Source: Spirochaetia bacterium (GTDB taxonomy: Bacteria > Spirochaetota > Spirochaetia > WTKD01 > G963693115). Taken from it: a DNA stretch of 64,000 nt. Under the pieces are notes generated by a model. The model worked only from the letters and a program-made list of their open reading frames with translations. It did no database searches and had not been told where the DNA came from. The DNA lies in NCBI GenBank assembly GCA_965226055.1, contig CBDDCA010000005.1, positions 544,001 through 608,000 on the forward strand, written 5' to 3'. Positions 10,582 to 21,653 of the stretch are shown here, piece after piece. The position numbers were made by a program, and so were the translations under genes. The stretch's first letter is position 1. The number at the start of each line of letters is the position of its first letter.

Positions 10582-11703
10582 TCATTCCAGCTTGTTCTTT
10601 TTATCCTTTTTGTTCATTTTTGATACTGTAGAGCCATTCCCTAAAATAACCGATATTTTGTTCAAATAAGGAATATAGTCACATACAGTACGCATCAACA
10701 CAAGGAGAGGAACTGATAATAACATACCCATTATTCCCCATACATATCCCCAATACACAAGTCCAACAAAAATAATCAAAGCACTGAGGTTAAGATTATC
10801 ACCTGTAATTTTTGGATCTATTACATTCCCTATAATAACTTGTGTGAGTAAAATAACAATAGTAATGATAATAACTTCAGACCAAGACGGATAAAATTGC
10901 AGAATACTAAAGAGTATACTCACTATTGATATAATAAGAGATCCTACTGATGGAATAAAATTAAATAAAAAGGTCAAAAATCCCCACAATAAAGGAAAAT
11001 TAACGCCTATCATTTCAAAGGCAAAATAAATAATAACACCAGTACAAAAACTTATCAATGCTTTTAATAGGATAAATTTACTAACACCACCACTTATTCT
11101 CTCTAAAAAAGAATCAAAACTTTTTTCTTTTTTTTCATCAGACAAAATACGTTTCGATTTTTCTTTTATCCACGAAAGCTCAATAATGGTAAACATTAAT
11201 GTTATCGTAACTAAAAGATAATTTTTACCTATGTTTATGGCTCCTGCAGAAAACGAAAGAGCAGTATCTCTTAAAAAAGAAAATGCTCCACTTTGTAATT
11301 GGTTTATAATATCTAAGTTTACTTTATCCAGAGCGATATTAGAAAAAACAGTATCTATAATGGTAGTAACTCTATTACGATAAAAATCAAAATAATCATT
11401 AACAGAAGACAAAGAAGCATACAGTAAAGTAATAAGTAAAACACTGATACCTAAAAATACTATAACAGTACACAAAAGAGAAAGAGCAGAAGGAAAGTGC
11501 CATTTATTACGAAAAAACTTATCAAGAGGAAAAAACACTACTCCCAATAACAATCCCACAAATACCGTCACAGAAATACTGCTTGTTTGTTTTAGAAAAA
11601 AGGTAATGAGCATAAACACTATAACAATAATTGATATTCGAGAAATAAAATTTAATTTACTTGTCAAACTACTTTCTGGCTTTTCAAAAGATGATTCTTG
11701 CAT
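10582..11703 (-). CDS. AI-2E family transporter
   Basis: Multi-TM; FLFNFIPSVGS, GNVIDPKITGDNLNLS and WGIMGMLLSVP motifs. Confidence 0.88.
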   Translation of the reverse strand: MQESSFEKPESSLTSKLNFISRISIIVIVFMLITFFLKQTSSISVTVFVGLLLGVVFFPLDKFFRNKWHFPSALSLLCTVIVFLGISVLLITLLYASLSSVNDYFDFYRNRVTTIIDTVFSNIALDKVNLDIINQLQSGAFSFLRDTALSFSAGAINIGKNYLLVTITLMFTIIELSWIKEKSKRILSDEKKEKSFDSFLERISGGVSKFILLKALISFCTGVIIYFAFEMIGVNFPLLWGFLTFLFNFIPSVGSLIISIVSILFSILQFYPSWSEVIIITIVILLTQVIIGNVIDPKITGDNLNLSALIIFVGLVYWGYVWGIMGMLLSVPLLVLMRTVCDYIPYLNKISVILGNGSTVSKMNKKDKKNKLE

Positions 11704-11730
11704 ATTATGTATTATATCATATAAGTATAT

Positions 11731-13134
11731 TTATATATGTATCGCCCATCCCTCAGCAAGTCGAGCAGATTCCATAACTCCTTCTGACATAGTAGGATGA
11801 GCATGTACTAAAGTTGCTAACTCATTAGCTGTTAGTTCACCTTCACTAGCGGTCAATACATTATGTATAATTTCCGTTGCATTTAATCCTAATACATGAG
11901 CCCCTATTATTTCACCACTTTTTTTATCACTTAATATTTTAACAAAGCCATCTGTTTTACCAACTGCCACTGCTTTTCCTATGCCAATAAACGGAAACTT
12001 TGCAGACACAAAATCTTTTCCTTGTTCTTTCGCTTGTTGTTCATTTAACCCAAAACTTGCCACTTGAGGATTACAATACACAGCAGAGGGAATTTTTAGA
12101 GATTCAAGTCCATGCACTGACATACCCGAAATATGTTCAATCGCAATTTCAGATTCTTTACTTGCAACATGAGCAAGAAGAGGCGTGCCACTGACAACAT
12201 CCCCTACCGCATAAATGCCAGGAATACTTGTTTCATAATGATCGGATACACTGATAAACCCTCGTTCAGCTTTCACTCCTAATGTTTCTAATCCTAACCC
12301 TTCACTGTTAGGGCTTCTCCCTATAGATACCAGTACCTTATCTGCACTGAGCGTATCTTTTTTTCCATCAGCACTTTCAATTTCAAGCTCTACAGAATCT
12401 TTATGCTTATGTAACGCATTTGCTTTTGTGCCAAGAAAAAACTGAATTCCTTTTTTCTTCAAAATAGTCATTAAGGTGTTTGAAATATCACTATCCTCTA
12501 AAGGCAAAATAGTAGGCAACATTTCAACAACACTTACTTCTACACCAAACGAATTAAGAATATACGCAAACTCTATACCAATAACTCCTCCACCAAGAAC
12601 AAGCATCTTTTTAGGCAGCTGAGACAGAGAAAGAATACCTGTTGAAGATAATACTAACTTTTCATCAAACTCCATACCAGAAACTTCTTTTGGGCGTGAT
12701 CCTGTTGCAATAACAATAGAATTTGCGTGTATGGTTTGTTTTGAACCATCCTTTTGTGTAACCTCTATAGATTTAGGAGTTTTAATAGATGCAGTACCTT
12801 TTACTACCTCTATTTTATTTTTTTTCAATAAGCCATTTACTCCTCTCGTAAGTTTATCTGCTGCCTCACGAGATTTTTTATATACTTGAGCATACTCAAA
12901 GTTACTAGCATCAATGCTTACTCCCATATTTTGCAATAAAGGTATTTCATTAAACACTTCCGCTTGATGAATCAATGCTTTTGATGGAATACAACCCCAA
13001 TTAAGACATACCCCTCCGACATTATCTTTTTCTATAAGAACAGTTTTGTTTCCTAATTGTGCTGCTCTAATTGCACCAACATATCCACCAGGACCTGCAC
13101 CTATTATAGCTATATCATAATTTATATCACTCAT
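11731..13134 (-). CDS. lpdA: Dihydrolipoyl dehydrogenase (E3)
   Basis: GAGPGGY, GGVCLNWGCIPSK and HAHPTMSE motifs; in pdh operon. Confidence 0.96.
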   Translation of the reverse strand: MSDINYDIAIIGAGPGGYVGAIRAAQLGNKTVLIEKDNVGGVCLNWGCIPSKALIHQAEVFNEIPLLQNMGVSIDASNFEYAQVYKKSREAADKLTRGVNGLLKKNKIEVVKGTASIKTPKSIEVTQKDGSKQTIHANSIVIATGSRPKEVSGMEFDEKLVLSSTGILSLSQLPKKMLVLGGGVIGIEFAYILNSFGVEVSVVEMLPTILPLEDSDISNTLMTILKKKGIQFFLGTKANALHKHKDSVELEIESADGKKDTLSADKVLVSIGRSPNSEGLGLETLGVKAERGFISVSDHYETSIPGIYAVGDVVSGTPLLAHVASKESEIAIEHISGMSVHGLESLKIPSAVYCNPQVASFGLNEQQAKEQGKDFVSAKFPFIGIGKAVAVGKTDGFVKILSDKKSGEIIGAHVLGLNATEIIHNVLTASEGELTANELATLVHAHPTMSEGVMESARLAEGWAIHI

Positions 13135-13157
13135 CTAAACTCCTATGTATACATATA

Positions 13158-14531
13158 TTAAAAATACAAAGCTAATGTAGGATTTTCAATTATTTCTCGA
13201 AGATCCTTCATAAATACTGCTGCAACTGACCCATCAATTACCCTGTGATCACTGCTTAAAGAACAGGTCATCTTAGATTGAACTTCTATTTGCCCATTAT
13301 CATTTACGACTGGTACTTTTTTACTCATTCCTACAGCAAGAATACAGGCAGCAGGAGGGTTTATAATAGCGGTAAATTCCTCTATGCCAAATGATCCTAA
13401 ATTACTTATTGTAAATGTTGCATTCGTATACTCTTCGGGCATAATTGACTGTTGTTTTACTTTTTGTATTAACTGCTGTAACTCGCTATCAATAAGCTCA
13501 ACACTCTTAGATTGACAATCACGAACAACGGGAGTAATTAACCCATTTCCTAAATCTACTGCTAAGGCTATATCAATACTACTATGATGTACAATACTTG
13601 CTCCTTGTCCTGTTTCATACCAAGAAGAGTTAATAACTGGATTTTTTCGTATTGCTGAAGCTACTAGCTTTATAATAAATGCATTAAGCGATACCTTTTC
13701 ATCTAACAAAGAGTTAATCTTTGTACGCATAGTTACTAACGCATCTGTTTGCATACTTGTTTTTACATAAAAATGAGGCGAAGTAAACTTAGATTCACTT
13801 AATTTTTTTGCAATTACCGCACGTACTCCTTCTACAGGAATATGAGTATCATATTGACTTATAGAATGTTGAACAGGCTTTTTCACTTTTTGTTTCACTT
13901 GTCCTGATTGGACACTGCCTTCTGTAGCTACAACACGACTTTGTCCTGTACTAGCAAAGTGTTCAACATCTGCTCGTTTAATTCTTCCGTTTGCCCCTGT
14001 ACCTTGAATAAGGCTAATATCAACTCCTTTTTCTTGTGCAAGACGTCTTGCTAATGGAGTGGCTTTTATCACATCATTATTCACTGGTACTGCTTTCTGT
14101 ACTGTTGCTGACTGAGAAGCATTTGTAGCAACAGGTTTTTGTGTTGCCACTGAAGGAGCTGGAGCTGCAGGCACAGTAGCAGAAGGTTTCGGCACTTGTG
14201 CTGTAGCGGTACTCTCTGAGCTTTCTGCTGCTGGTGTTGCCTCTGGTCTTGCAGAACTAGACTCAGAAGCTATAATATCACTGATATCCTCCCCTTCTTT
14301 TCCTACTATCGCTATAGTCTGTCCTACCGTTGCGGATCCTCCTTCGGGGACTATAATCTTTAATACTTTCCCTTCATTAAGCGATTCATATTCCATAGTA
14401 GACTTATCAGTCTCCACCTCACAAATCACTTGTCCTTGAGAGATATCATCTCCTTCTTTTATGCTCCATGTATGTATCTTTCCATCTTCCATTGTTGGAG
14501 ACAATGCTATCATTACTATTTTTTCTGCCAT
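13158..14531 (-). CDS. pdhC: Pyruvate dehydrogenase E2 dihydrolipoamide acetyltransferase
   Basis: Lipoyl domain EVETDKS, E3-binding ATPLARRLA, catalytic DHRVIDG. Confidence 0.93.
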   Translation of the reverse strand: MAEKIVMIALSPTMEDGKIHTWSIKEGDDISQGQVICEVETDKSTMEYESLNEGKVLKIIVPEGGSATVGQTIAIVGKEGEDISDIIASESSSARPEATPAAESSESTATAQVPKPSATVPAAPAPSVATQKPVATNASQSATVQKAVPVNNDVIKATPLARRLAQEKGVDISLIQGTGANGRIKRADVEHFASTGQSRVVATEGSVQSGQVKQKVKKPVQHSISQYDTHIPVEGVRAVIAKKLSESKFTSPHFYVKTSMQTDALVTMRTKINSLLDEKVSLNAFIIKLVASAIRKNPVINSSWYETGQGASIVHHSSIDIALAVDLGNGLITPVVRDCQSKSVELIDSELQQLIQKVKQQSIMPEEYTNATFTISNLGSFGIEEFTAIINPPAACILAVGMSKKVPVVNDNGQIEVQSKMTCSLSSDHRVIDGSVAAVFMKDLREIIENPTLALYF

Positions 14532-14543
14532 AATTATTCCCCT

Positions 14544-15521
14544 TTAGTAATCTAATACTTTTTTCACTGCTTCTACAATTTTAGCTGCAGAAGGTTGAAC
14601 TGCAAGTTCTAATGTATGATTATATGGCATGGGAACATCCAGAGAACTTACCAGCTCTACAGGTGCTTCCAGCTCATCATAAAATTCTTTAAAAATTTCA
14701 TATGCAATATGAGATCCCATACTGCACATAGGCCACGATTCATCTACTACTACTGCTCTCCTTGTGTTCATTATGGATGCATAAATTGTTGCAGTATCCA
14801 AAGGACGCAAAGAACGTAAATCTACTACTTCTGCAGATATGCCTTCTTCGGCAAGCTGCTTAGCTGCATCTAAAGCATAATATACAGGTTTTCCATGCAC
14901 AATAATACTGACATCGGAGCCTGCCACTTTTACGTCTGCACTCCCAATAGGGATAGTATACTCTTCTTCGGGCAACTCGCCTTTCCAATTATACGCTAGC
15001 TCTGATTCAAGCACTACTACTGGATTATCATCCCGTATTGCACTTTTTAGTAAACCATAGCCATCTGCAGGAGTTGAAATTGCTACAACTTTAAGCCCTG
15101 GTATATGAGCAAAAAAACTTTGTAATGCTTGAGAATGCTGTGAAGACAGATATTCTGCAGGACCATTAGGACCTCGAAATACTATAGGACAATGTAGCTG
15201 CCCTCCTGACATATGTCGCATTTTTGCTGCATTATTTATTACTTGATCTAGCGCGAGCAAAGAAAAATTAAAAGTCATCCATTCCACTACTGGACGTAAT
15301 CCAGCCAACGCAGCTCCTATACCAAGTCCAGTAAACCCTAGCTCTGCTATTGGAGTATCTATAAGTCTTTTTTTTCCATATTTATCAAGAAGTCCTTTGG
15401 TTATTTTATATGCTCCATTATACTCAGCAACCTCTTCTCCTAAAATGAAGACATTATCATCACGTGCTAACTCTTCATCTAATGCTCTATTAAGAGCTTC
15501 TCTCATTGTAACTTCTGCCAT
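14544..15521 (-). CDS. pdhB: Pyruvate dehydrogenase E1 beta subunit
   Basis: GEEVAEYNGAYK, DTPIAELGF, PIVFRGPNG, QHSQ. Confidence 0.95.
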   Translation of the reverse strand: MAEVTMREALNRALDEELARDDNVFILGEEVAEYNGAYKITKGLLDKYGKKRLIDTPIAELGFTGLGIGAALAGLRPVVEWMTFNFSLLALDQVINNAAKMRHMSGGQLHCPIVFRGPNGPAEYLSSQHSQALQSFFAHIPGLKVVAISTPADGYGLLKSAIRDDNPVVVLESELAYNWKGELPEEEYTIPIGSADVKVAGSDVSIIVHGKPVYYALDAAKQLAEEGISAEVVDLRSLRPLDTATIYASIMNTRRAVVVDESWPMCSMGSHIAYEIFKEFYDELEAPVELVSSLDVPMPYNHTLELAVQPSAAKIVEAVKKVLDY

Positions 15522-15533
15522 ACTATCTTCTCC

Positions 15534-16582
15534 CTATACCAATATATCTTCAAACATTGTTTCAAGTGGTGGTTCAGGACTATCTTCTGCAAACTGCTCT
15601 GATCTCTTCACTTCTTCTTTCACTCTCTCAATAATGCTATCAAACTCTTTTTCACTCATTAGTTTTTGTTCTAACAATTCTGCTCGCATAGTTTTAATAG
15701 GATCTTTACTTTTGAACTCTTCTACTTCTTCTTTTATTCGATACTTTGCGGGATCACTCATAGAATGCCCATAATAACGATATGTTTCAACTTCAATAAC
15801 ATAGGGGACTGTATTGTTACGACAATGTTCTACCACTTGTTTTACATCCTCATATACTGAGAAAAAATTCATTCCATCTACCTTTATACCCTCAACTCCA
15901 TAATGTTCCCCAGACTTTGAGAAATCTAAAGCGGAAGCTCGAGAAACAGCAGTTCCCATACCATAAAAATTGTTCTCAATCACATAGATACATGGCAATT
16001 TCCATAACTGAGCTAAATTGATAGATTCATGAAACGCTCCTTGATTGATAGCACCATCTCCAAAAAAACATATTACTACACCATCTATGCCTCTGTATTT
16101 ATTAGCAAACGCTAGCCCTGTACCCACAGGAATTTGCCCCCAACGATACCGTTTCCTCCAAAAAAATTATTTTTGACATCAAAGATATGCATTGATCCCC
16201 CTTTCCCTCGAGAACAGCCAGTAATTTTTCCATACATTTCTGCCATTATACTATCAGGAGACAGTCCACATGCAATTGCATGCCCATGATCTCTATACGA
16301 TGTCAATACATAATCCTTTGAAAGATCAAGTGCTTTCACAAAGCCTAAACTTACCGCTTCCTGCCCAGCACATAGATGACAAAATCCCCCTATTTTCTTT
16401 AAGCGATATGCGAATCCTGCCTTATCTTCAAAATGCCGAATAAGCTGCATTTGATACAAAATATCAAGAAGCTCATCACGAGAAAACCCTTTATACTTCT
16501 GATCTTTTCCTTCTGTACTGTTCAATGTTTTACCTTTTGCTCCAAACTTTGACGGTACCTTGCTTACGGTTTTACTTGGCAA
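15534..16582 (-). pseudogene. pdhA: Pyruvate dehydrogenase E1 alpha, frameshifted (1-bp deletion in G run; may be an assembly error)
   Basis: ORFs 16112..16582 (GFCHLCAGQEA, YRDHGH, GKGGSMH) and 15534..16127 (GDGA...N, TYRYYGHSMSD) join into 349 aa if one G is added to G5 at 16137..16141. Confidence 0.9.
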
Positions 16583-16755
16583 AATTACCTCCTTATATCA
16601 ACAAATTTAGGATAAAATACTCTTGTAATGAAGTAGAATAATCCATAAAAAATGATTTTATACAGTATAACAGATATTTTATTTATATTCAAATACTTTT
16701 ATACTATTTTTTCCATGTAATCAAGATAACTATCATGTATCTAGTTAATTCATCG

Positions 16756-17985
16756 TTATGTATGAGCTAACTCATATGCTGTGTTGTATGATTGTACATA
16801 TTTTTGAGCAATTTCTCTTCCATCGAAGATATTTTTATACTTTTTGAGCCGTTCTACATATGTTTTATACAATACATCATCTTTTACTAAACGAACTAAC
16901 TCATTGGCAAGCGAAGTAGTATTATTTTGTTCAAAATAATGTGCTAAATCATTTGCTAGTTGTGTCATTGAAACATGATCTGCAAGTAAAGCAGGGGTTT
17001 GACAACAAATAGCTTCAGTAACTGTCATAGACCATGTTTCTGATAAAGATGCAGTACAAAATAAATACGCCTTTGATATAATTCCACTCTTTAGAATAAC
17101 ATCATGGGCAATAGCACCTAAAAAATGTGCCGATTCTTGTATTCCTAACGTATGGCTTAACGCTCGTAACTCATCCCATTGAGGACCATCACCTATTATT
17201 AACAGGTGTATATCCTTTAGTACTTTGTCCATTTTTGCTTTCGCAAAGCCCTGTAACAATATGTCAATAGATTTCTCAATTCCTAAACGACCAACATATA
17301 CAATATATTTTGTTGTACTAGTAACACTTTTAGGCAATATACTTTTCAATAGCTTTTTATCGGGGGTAGCTTGTAAAAGAGAGAGATCCACTCCATTATG
17401 AATATGCATTGTCACTTTTTTTGGAAATTTTTGTGCTAATTGTTTAGACAATACTATAGAAGGAGAAGTGAGTACATGCGAATCATAAAAATAATGTCCT
17501 AATGCTAGCCTCGTCCAAAACAAATATCGGACATATAAGCGTAATATACTCATAGGAATATGATAGAATGTATGAATATACTGTAAGTACTCATCTGTAT
17601 GCAAGTTTGTATGATAACTATGCACTCGTGCAATAGTATGTTTTTTTGCAACACGGAACAATGCTTTTCCAATAGTCCACGGAGCAGTAATATGTACCAT
17701 GTCAACGTTATGCTTACGCAGTATCTTCTCTACAAGAGGATGACGTACATTAATTTTTCGCAAATCAGGATAATAAGGCAAACTCTTACTAGGAATATAG
17801 TATACAGGGATACCTTGTACCATATTTTGTGTCTCTGAACGTACTTGTGGGGTAAAAATAATAGGGTTATGCCCCATATCCCTTAAATTAGTAAGCAAAT
17901 TCATTGATGTGGTAATAATTCCATTTACAGAAGGATAAAAAAATTCGGTACCATATGCAATAGTATATTTTCTTTGTTTTGTCAT
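16756..17985 (-). CDS. GT4 glycosyltransferase, possibly a glycolipid (diacylglycerol glycosyl) synthase
   Basis: FYPSVNGI, YHT, HNGVD, YVGRLGIEK, IGDGP, SETWSMTVTEA (EX7E). Confidence 0.85.
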   Translation of the reverse strand: MTKQRKYTIAYGTEFFYPSVNGIITTSMNLLTNLRDMGHNPIIFTPQVRSETQNMVQGIPVYYIPSKSLPYYPDLRKINVRHPLVEKILRKHNVDMVHITAPWTIGKALFRVAKKHTIARVHSYHTNLHTDEYLQYIHTFYHIPMSILRLYVRYLFWTRLALGHYFYDSHVLTSPSIVLSKQLAQKFPKKVTMHIHNGVDLSLLQATPDKKLLKSILPKSVTSTTKYIVYVGRLGIEKSIDILLQGFAKAKMDKVLKDIHLLIIGDGPQWDELRALSHTLGIQESAHFLGAIAHDVILKSGIISKAYLFCTASLSETWSMTVTEAICCQTPALLADHVSMTQLANDLAHYFEQNNTTSLANELVRLVKDDVLYKTYVERLKKYKNIFDGREIAQKYVQSYNTAYELAHT

Positions 17986-18105
17986 ATTTCTCCTGACAAT
18001 AAGTAGTATATGTACTCCCTATTTTTTATTAAAAGTACATTCTATTAAAAGTATTTCCTTTAATAATTATACCAAATATAGTATTCTATATATAGGTGCT
18101 ATTAT

Positions 18106-18801
18106 ATGAAAAGCATAAGAAAACATATAGTTACTTTCATTACCCTCTCACGTATTCCTGTTGCATTTATTTTCTTTTACATTATTGAGAGCAATACATT
18201 TTCTCTCATTTCTGTTCTGTTTGCATGTTTTATATACATAGAGTTAAGTGATTTATTAGATGGTTTCTTAGCAAGAAAATTACACGCAGTAAGTGATCTA
18301 GGAAAAGTGCTTGATCCTGCAGCTGATGTAACAAGCCATTTTTTATGCATACTTGCATTTAGTAATCATAACATGATTCCTAAAATAGTATTACTTGTGT
18401 TTGTATTACGAGAATATTGGATACTCTTATTAAGAAGCCAGCTTATTCGACAAAATATTGTCCTTGCTGCAGGGATCTTAGGAAAAATAAAAACAGTTCT
18501 TTACGCTATAGCAATCATAAGTACACTCATATTTTTTCCCAGTACACCATTGGCAACATATTTACTTTTTTATAAACCCATACTCAACGCTATATGGTAT
18601 ACAGCAACAATAGTGTCTATTATATCAGCGTTACACTATGCCATTAGTGCGTATAAAAAAATGCAGAAAAAAACAAATAATAGTAAACCTTCTACCAATA
18701 TTGAACAAAGCTCCTATTCTGAACAAGCAGACAACACACATATAGCCTCTGCTGTACCAGCTTCTCATACAGAAACTAATACTGATAAAGATAAAAAATA
18801 A
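18106..18801 (+). CDS. CDP-alcohol phosphatidyltransferase (PgsA-like)
   Basis: DLLDGFLAR...SDLGKVLDPAAD signature; GKIKT. Confidence 0.88.
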   Translation: MKSIRKHIVTFITLSRIPVAFIFFYIIESNTFSLISVLFACFIYIELSDLLDGFLARKLHAVSDLGKVLDPAADVTSHFLCILAFSNHNMIPKIVLLVFVLREYWILLLRSQLIRQNIVLAAGILGKIKTVLYAIAIISTLIFFPSTPLATYLLFYKPILNAIWYTATIVSIISALHYAISAYKKMQKKTNNSKPSTNIEQSSYSEQADNTHIASAVPASHTETNTDKDKK

Positions 18802-18812
18802 CATAGTGTATT

Positions 18813-19610
18813 TTGTCTATTCCTGCTATACAACACATCATTGATATAACAATAGCACCTTCTCAGTCTATCACAAGTGATATACAACAATGTTTAGTTC
18901 GCTGTAAACAATCACAAAAAAGCTATTTATTCAACTGGAAATACAAAATATGGACAGAAGAAGATTTTAAGAAATTGACCAATACAAAAGAATGGTACAT
19001 TCCCTCTGCGAACAAATTACTTACTATGGGTGCTTGGGCAATTATCAGTGATATACTTCGTCTGTATGCTTTATACACCTACGGTGGCATATACCTTGAT
19101 TGGGATGTAGAACTCATACAAGCGATACCTACACATATGCTTACTGGCAATACAATAATTGGGTTTGAACCTTACACATATGCAGGAAGAGCTACTGTAC
19201 AAGTAGGAGCTCACATACTGCTGAGTCAAAAAATGCAAAATATTTGGAAATATTGCTACAAAAAAATACAAGACACATTATGGACAGAACAATTTAACAT
19301 ATTACCTACATTACTTACACAGAGCCTTGAACTCCATTTCAATCTGCCTTTATTTCGTAATCAACATGGATATTATTACCTACACAAATCTAAGCATACA
19401 ACATGCAAACATGTACAAAACAGTATTATGCTACAACCACAAGAGATACTATATCCAAATATCGCATCATATATTCCTTTTGCACATCCAAGAACACGCT
19501 ATACTGTTGCTATCCATTGGGAACATTCCCAAATGGTAAAAAGGCATGCAAAACAACGAAGCTGGACTTCGTATTTACATGCCTTACAATCATCTCTTAA
19601 AACAACATAG
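18813..19610 (+). CDS. DXD-motif glycosyltransferase (GT32/Och1-like)
   Basis: WKYKIWTE, SDILRLYALYTYGGIYLDWDV. Confidence 0.85.
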   Translation: MSIPAIQHIIDITIAPSQSITSDIQQCLVRCKQSQKSYLFNWKYKIWTEEDFKKLTNTKEWYIPSANKLLTMGAWAIISDILRLYALYTYGGIYLDWDVELIQAIPTHMLTGNTIIGFEPYTYAGRATVQVGAHILLSQKMQNIWKYCYKKIQDTLWTEQFNILPTLLTQSLELHFNLPLFRNQHGYYYLHKSKHTTCKHVQNSIMLQPQEILYPNIASYIPFAHPRTRYTVAIHWEHSQMVKRHAKQRSWTSYLHALQSSLKTT

Positions 19611-19627
19611 TACTTAGCATACCTATC

Positions 19628-20572
19628 TTATTTTGTTGTTGTTGTTGCCGTTCCAGTTGTTACCTCTTTTATACCTGACAAGGGAGAAACATTAGTACTG
19701 GCCAAACTACCTGCGAATACCTTAGTGACAACATAAAATTTAGTACTATCCTTAAGATGTGTACTTGTGAACATTGTTTCTTCAGCCTTAGGAAATGCCA
19801 CAGAAACTACGTTATCTATTTCCTTCGCTAAAACTTCAGCATCAGTTAAAGGGTTAGCAATAACACTGTCTACCACTGCTTGAGCATTCCCGCTGGGATC
19901 AACAGCACTCACATAGATTAGATACGAAATATCATTTAGAGTGTTTGCTTTTGACCCTGTTGTTCCTTTTTCTGTTGGAGCTGTGATAGTTACTATTATC
20001 GAATCGCCATCTGCAGTTACCGACTTAATGGTAGCTGCCCCTGGTGCCTTATCATTCCCAGAAGGAGTGGAAGAAGAAGACTTACCTGTAGTAGCTTCCT
20101 TAATACTAGTAGGATCTGATTCTAATAGCTGTACCTTACCATTTACTGCAACTACTGTTATATAATACTTAGTCTCTGCTGACAGAGACAAGATAGTACC
20201 AGTAGAAGTGCCAGTTTTTTGTCCTGCTACTATTATTTTTCCTGCTTGCTTTTTATTTTTATCAGCACTTGATTTTGCAAAGCTTATTAAATCCAACACA
20301 TTACCGTGTTTATGAGAACTGTAATATACATGATAAATAATATCCTCATTTTTTAGCTCATCTCCTGCAATAGAAGTACCTTTTATCGTAGGGGGAGTAA
20401 TTGTCACCTGAATATTAGTAACAGCTGGTTTTACCTCAAAACTTGGTGTCTCTGGTGCAATGGCAGAATTTGATCCGAATTCAAGATCACAGCCAATAAA
20501 AAACAATGTGAGTAATATTCCTACATAAAAGAATAACACTCCTTTTCTTTGAAATAATGTATTTATTTTCAT
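19628..20572 (-). CDS. Lipoprotein with two Fn3-like domains (paralog A)
   Basis: Lipobox FFIGC; two modules with YHVYYS/YLIYVS and LxxxTK(Y/F)Y(I/V)xV motifs. Confidence 0.8.
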   Translation of the reverse strand: MKINTLFQRKGVLFFYVGILLTLFFIGCDLEFGSNSAIAPETPSFEVKPAVTNIQVTITPPTIKGTSIAGDELKNEDIIYHVYYSSHKHGNVLDLISFAKSSADKNKKQAGKIIVAGQKTGTSTGTILSLSAETKYYITVVAVNGKVQLLESDPTSIKEATTGKSSSSTPSGNDKAPGAATIKSVTADGDSIIVTITAPTEKGTTGSKANTLNDISYLIYVSAVDPSGNAQAVVDSVIANPLTDAEVLAKEIDNVVSVAFPKAEETMFTSTHLKDSTKFYVVTKVFAGSLASTNVSPLSGIKEVTTGTATTTTK

Positions 20573-20649
20573 AAATAACTCCTTATATATTTTAGTTACT
20601 TACTTATCAAGGGAATAAATAAGTATTATTATTATATCACATATATATT

Positions 20650-21603
20650 TTATTGTGTTTTTGCCGTTCCAGTTGTTACTTCTTTTATATCTGATAAAGG
20701 AGAAGTAATAAACTGTTGTCTGCTATCCAATTCCAATACTAATACCTGAACGACAACATAAAATTTAGTATTATCTTTAAGGTGTATAATCCTACTAGAT
20801 TCTTCCTCAGACAAAATAGGAAAAAATCCTCCATAAATCCCCCCATCTCTTTCTTTTGCAAAAAATTCAGCATTCGTTATAGGGTTAGTTTTAGCATCGT
20901 CTACAACAGCTTGAGCATTCCCTTTAGGATCAACAGTACTCACATAGATTAGATACGAAATATCGTTCAGAGTGTTTGCTTTTGATCCCGTTGTCCCTTT
21001 TTCTGTTGGAGCAGTGATAGTTATTCTTATTGAATCGCCATCTGCAGTTAAAGACTTAATGGTAGCTACCCCTGGTGCCTTATCATTCCCAGAAGGAACA
21101 GAAGAAGTAGAAGACTTACCTGTAGTGGCTTCCTTAATACTAGTAGGATCTGATTCTAATAGCTGTATTTTACTATTTACTGCAACTACTGTTATATAAT
21201 ACTTAGTCTCTGCTGATAGAGAAGAGATAGTACCAGTAGAAGTGCCACTTTGTCCTGCTACTACTACTTTTCCTGCTTGCTTTTTATCAGTGCTTGATTT
21301 TGCAAAACGTATTAAGTCAAACACAGTACCGTGTTTACGAGCACTGTAATATACATGATAAATAATATCCTCATTTTTTAGATCAGCTCCTGTAATAGAA
21401 ACTCCCTTTATCGTGGGAGGAGTAATCATCACCCGAATATCAGTCCCTGCTGATTTTACACTAACACTTGGTGTCCCCGGTGCAATGGCAGCGTTTGACG
21501 CAAATTCAAGATCACAGCCAATAAAAAATAATGTGAGTAATATTCCTCCATAAAAGAATAACACTCCTTTTCTTTGAGATTGAAACAATGTATTTATTTT
21601 CAT
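20650..21603 (-). CDS. Lipoprotein with two Fn3-like domains (paralog B)
   Basis: Highly similar tandem copy of 19628..20572; AGGAG RBS. Confidence 0.8.
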   Translation of the reverse strand: MKINTLFQSQRKGVLFFYGGILLTLFFIGCDLEFASNAAIAPGTPSVSVKSAGTDIRVMITPPTIKGVSITGADLKNEDIIYHVYYSARKHGTVFDLIRFAKSSTDKKQAGKVVVAGQSGTSTGTISSLSAETKYYITVVAVNSKIQLLESDPTSIKEATTGKSSTSSVPSGNDKAPGVATIKSLTADGDSIRITITAPTEKGTTGSKANTLNDISYLIYVSTVDPKGNAQAVVDDAKTNPITNAEFFAKERDGGIYGGFFPILSEEESSRIIHLKDNTKFYVVVQVLVLELDSRQQFITSPLSDIKEVTTGTAKTQ

Positions 21604-21653
21604 AAATCACTCCTTCTAGTTATTTACTTATTCATAATAAGTATTACAAGTTA

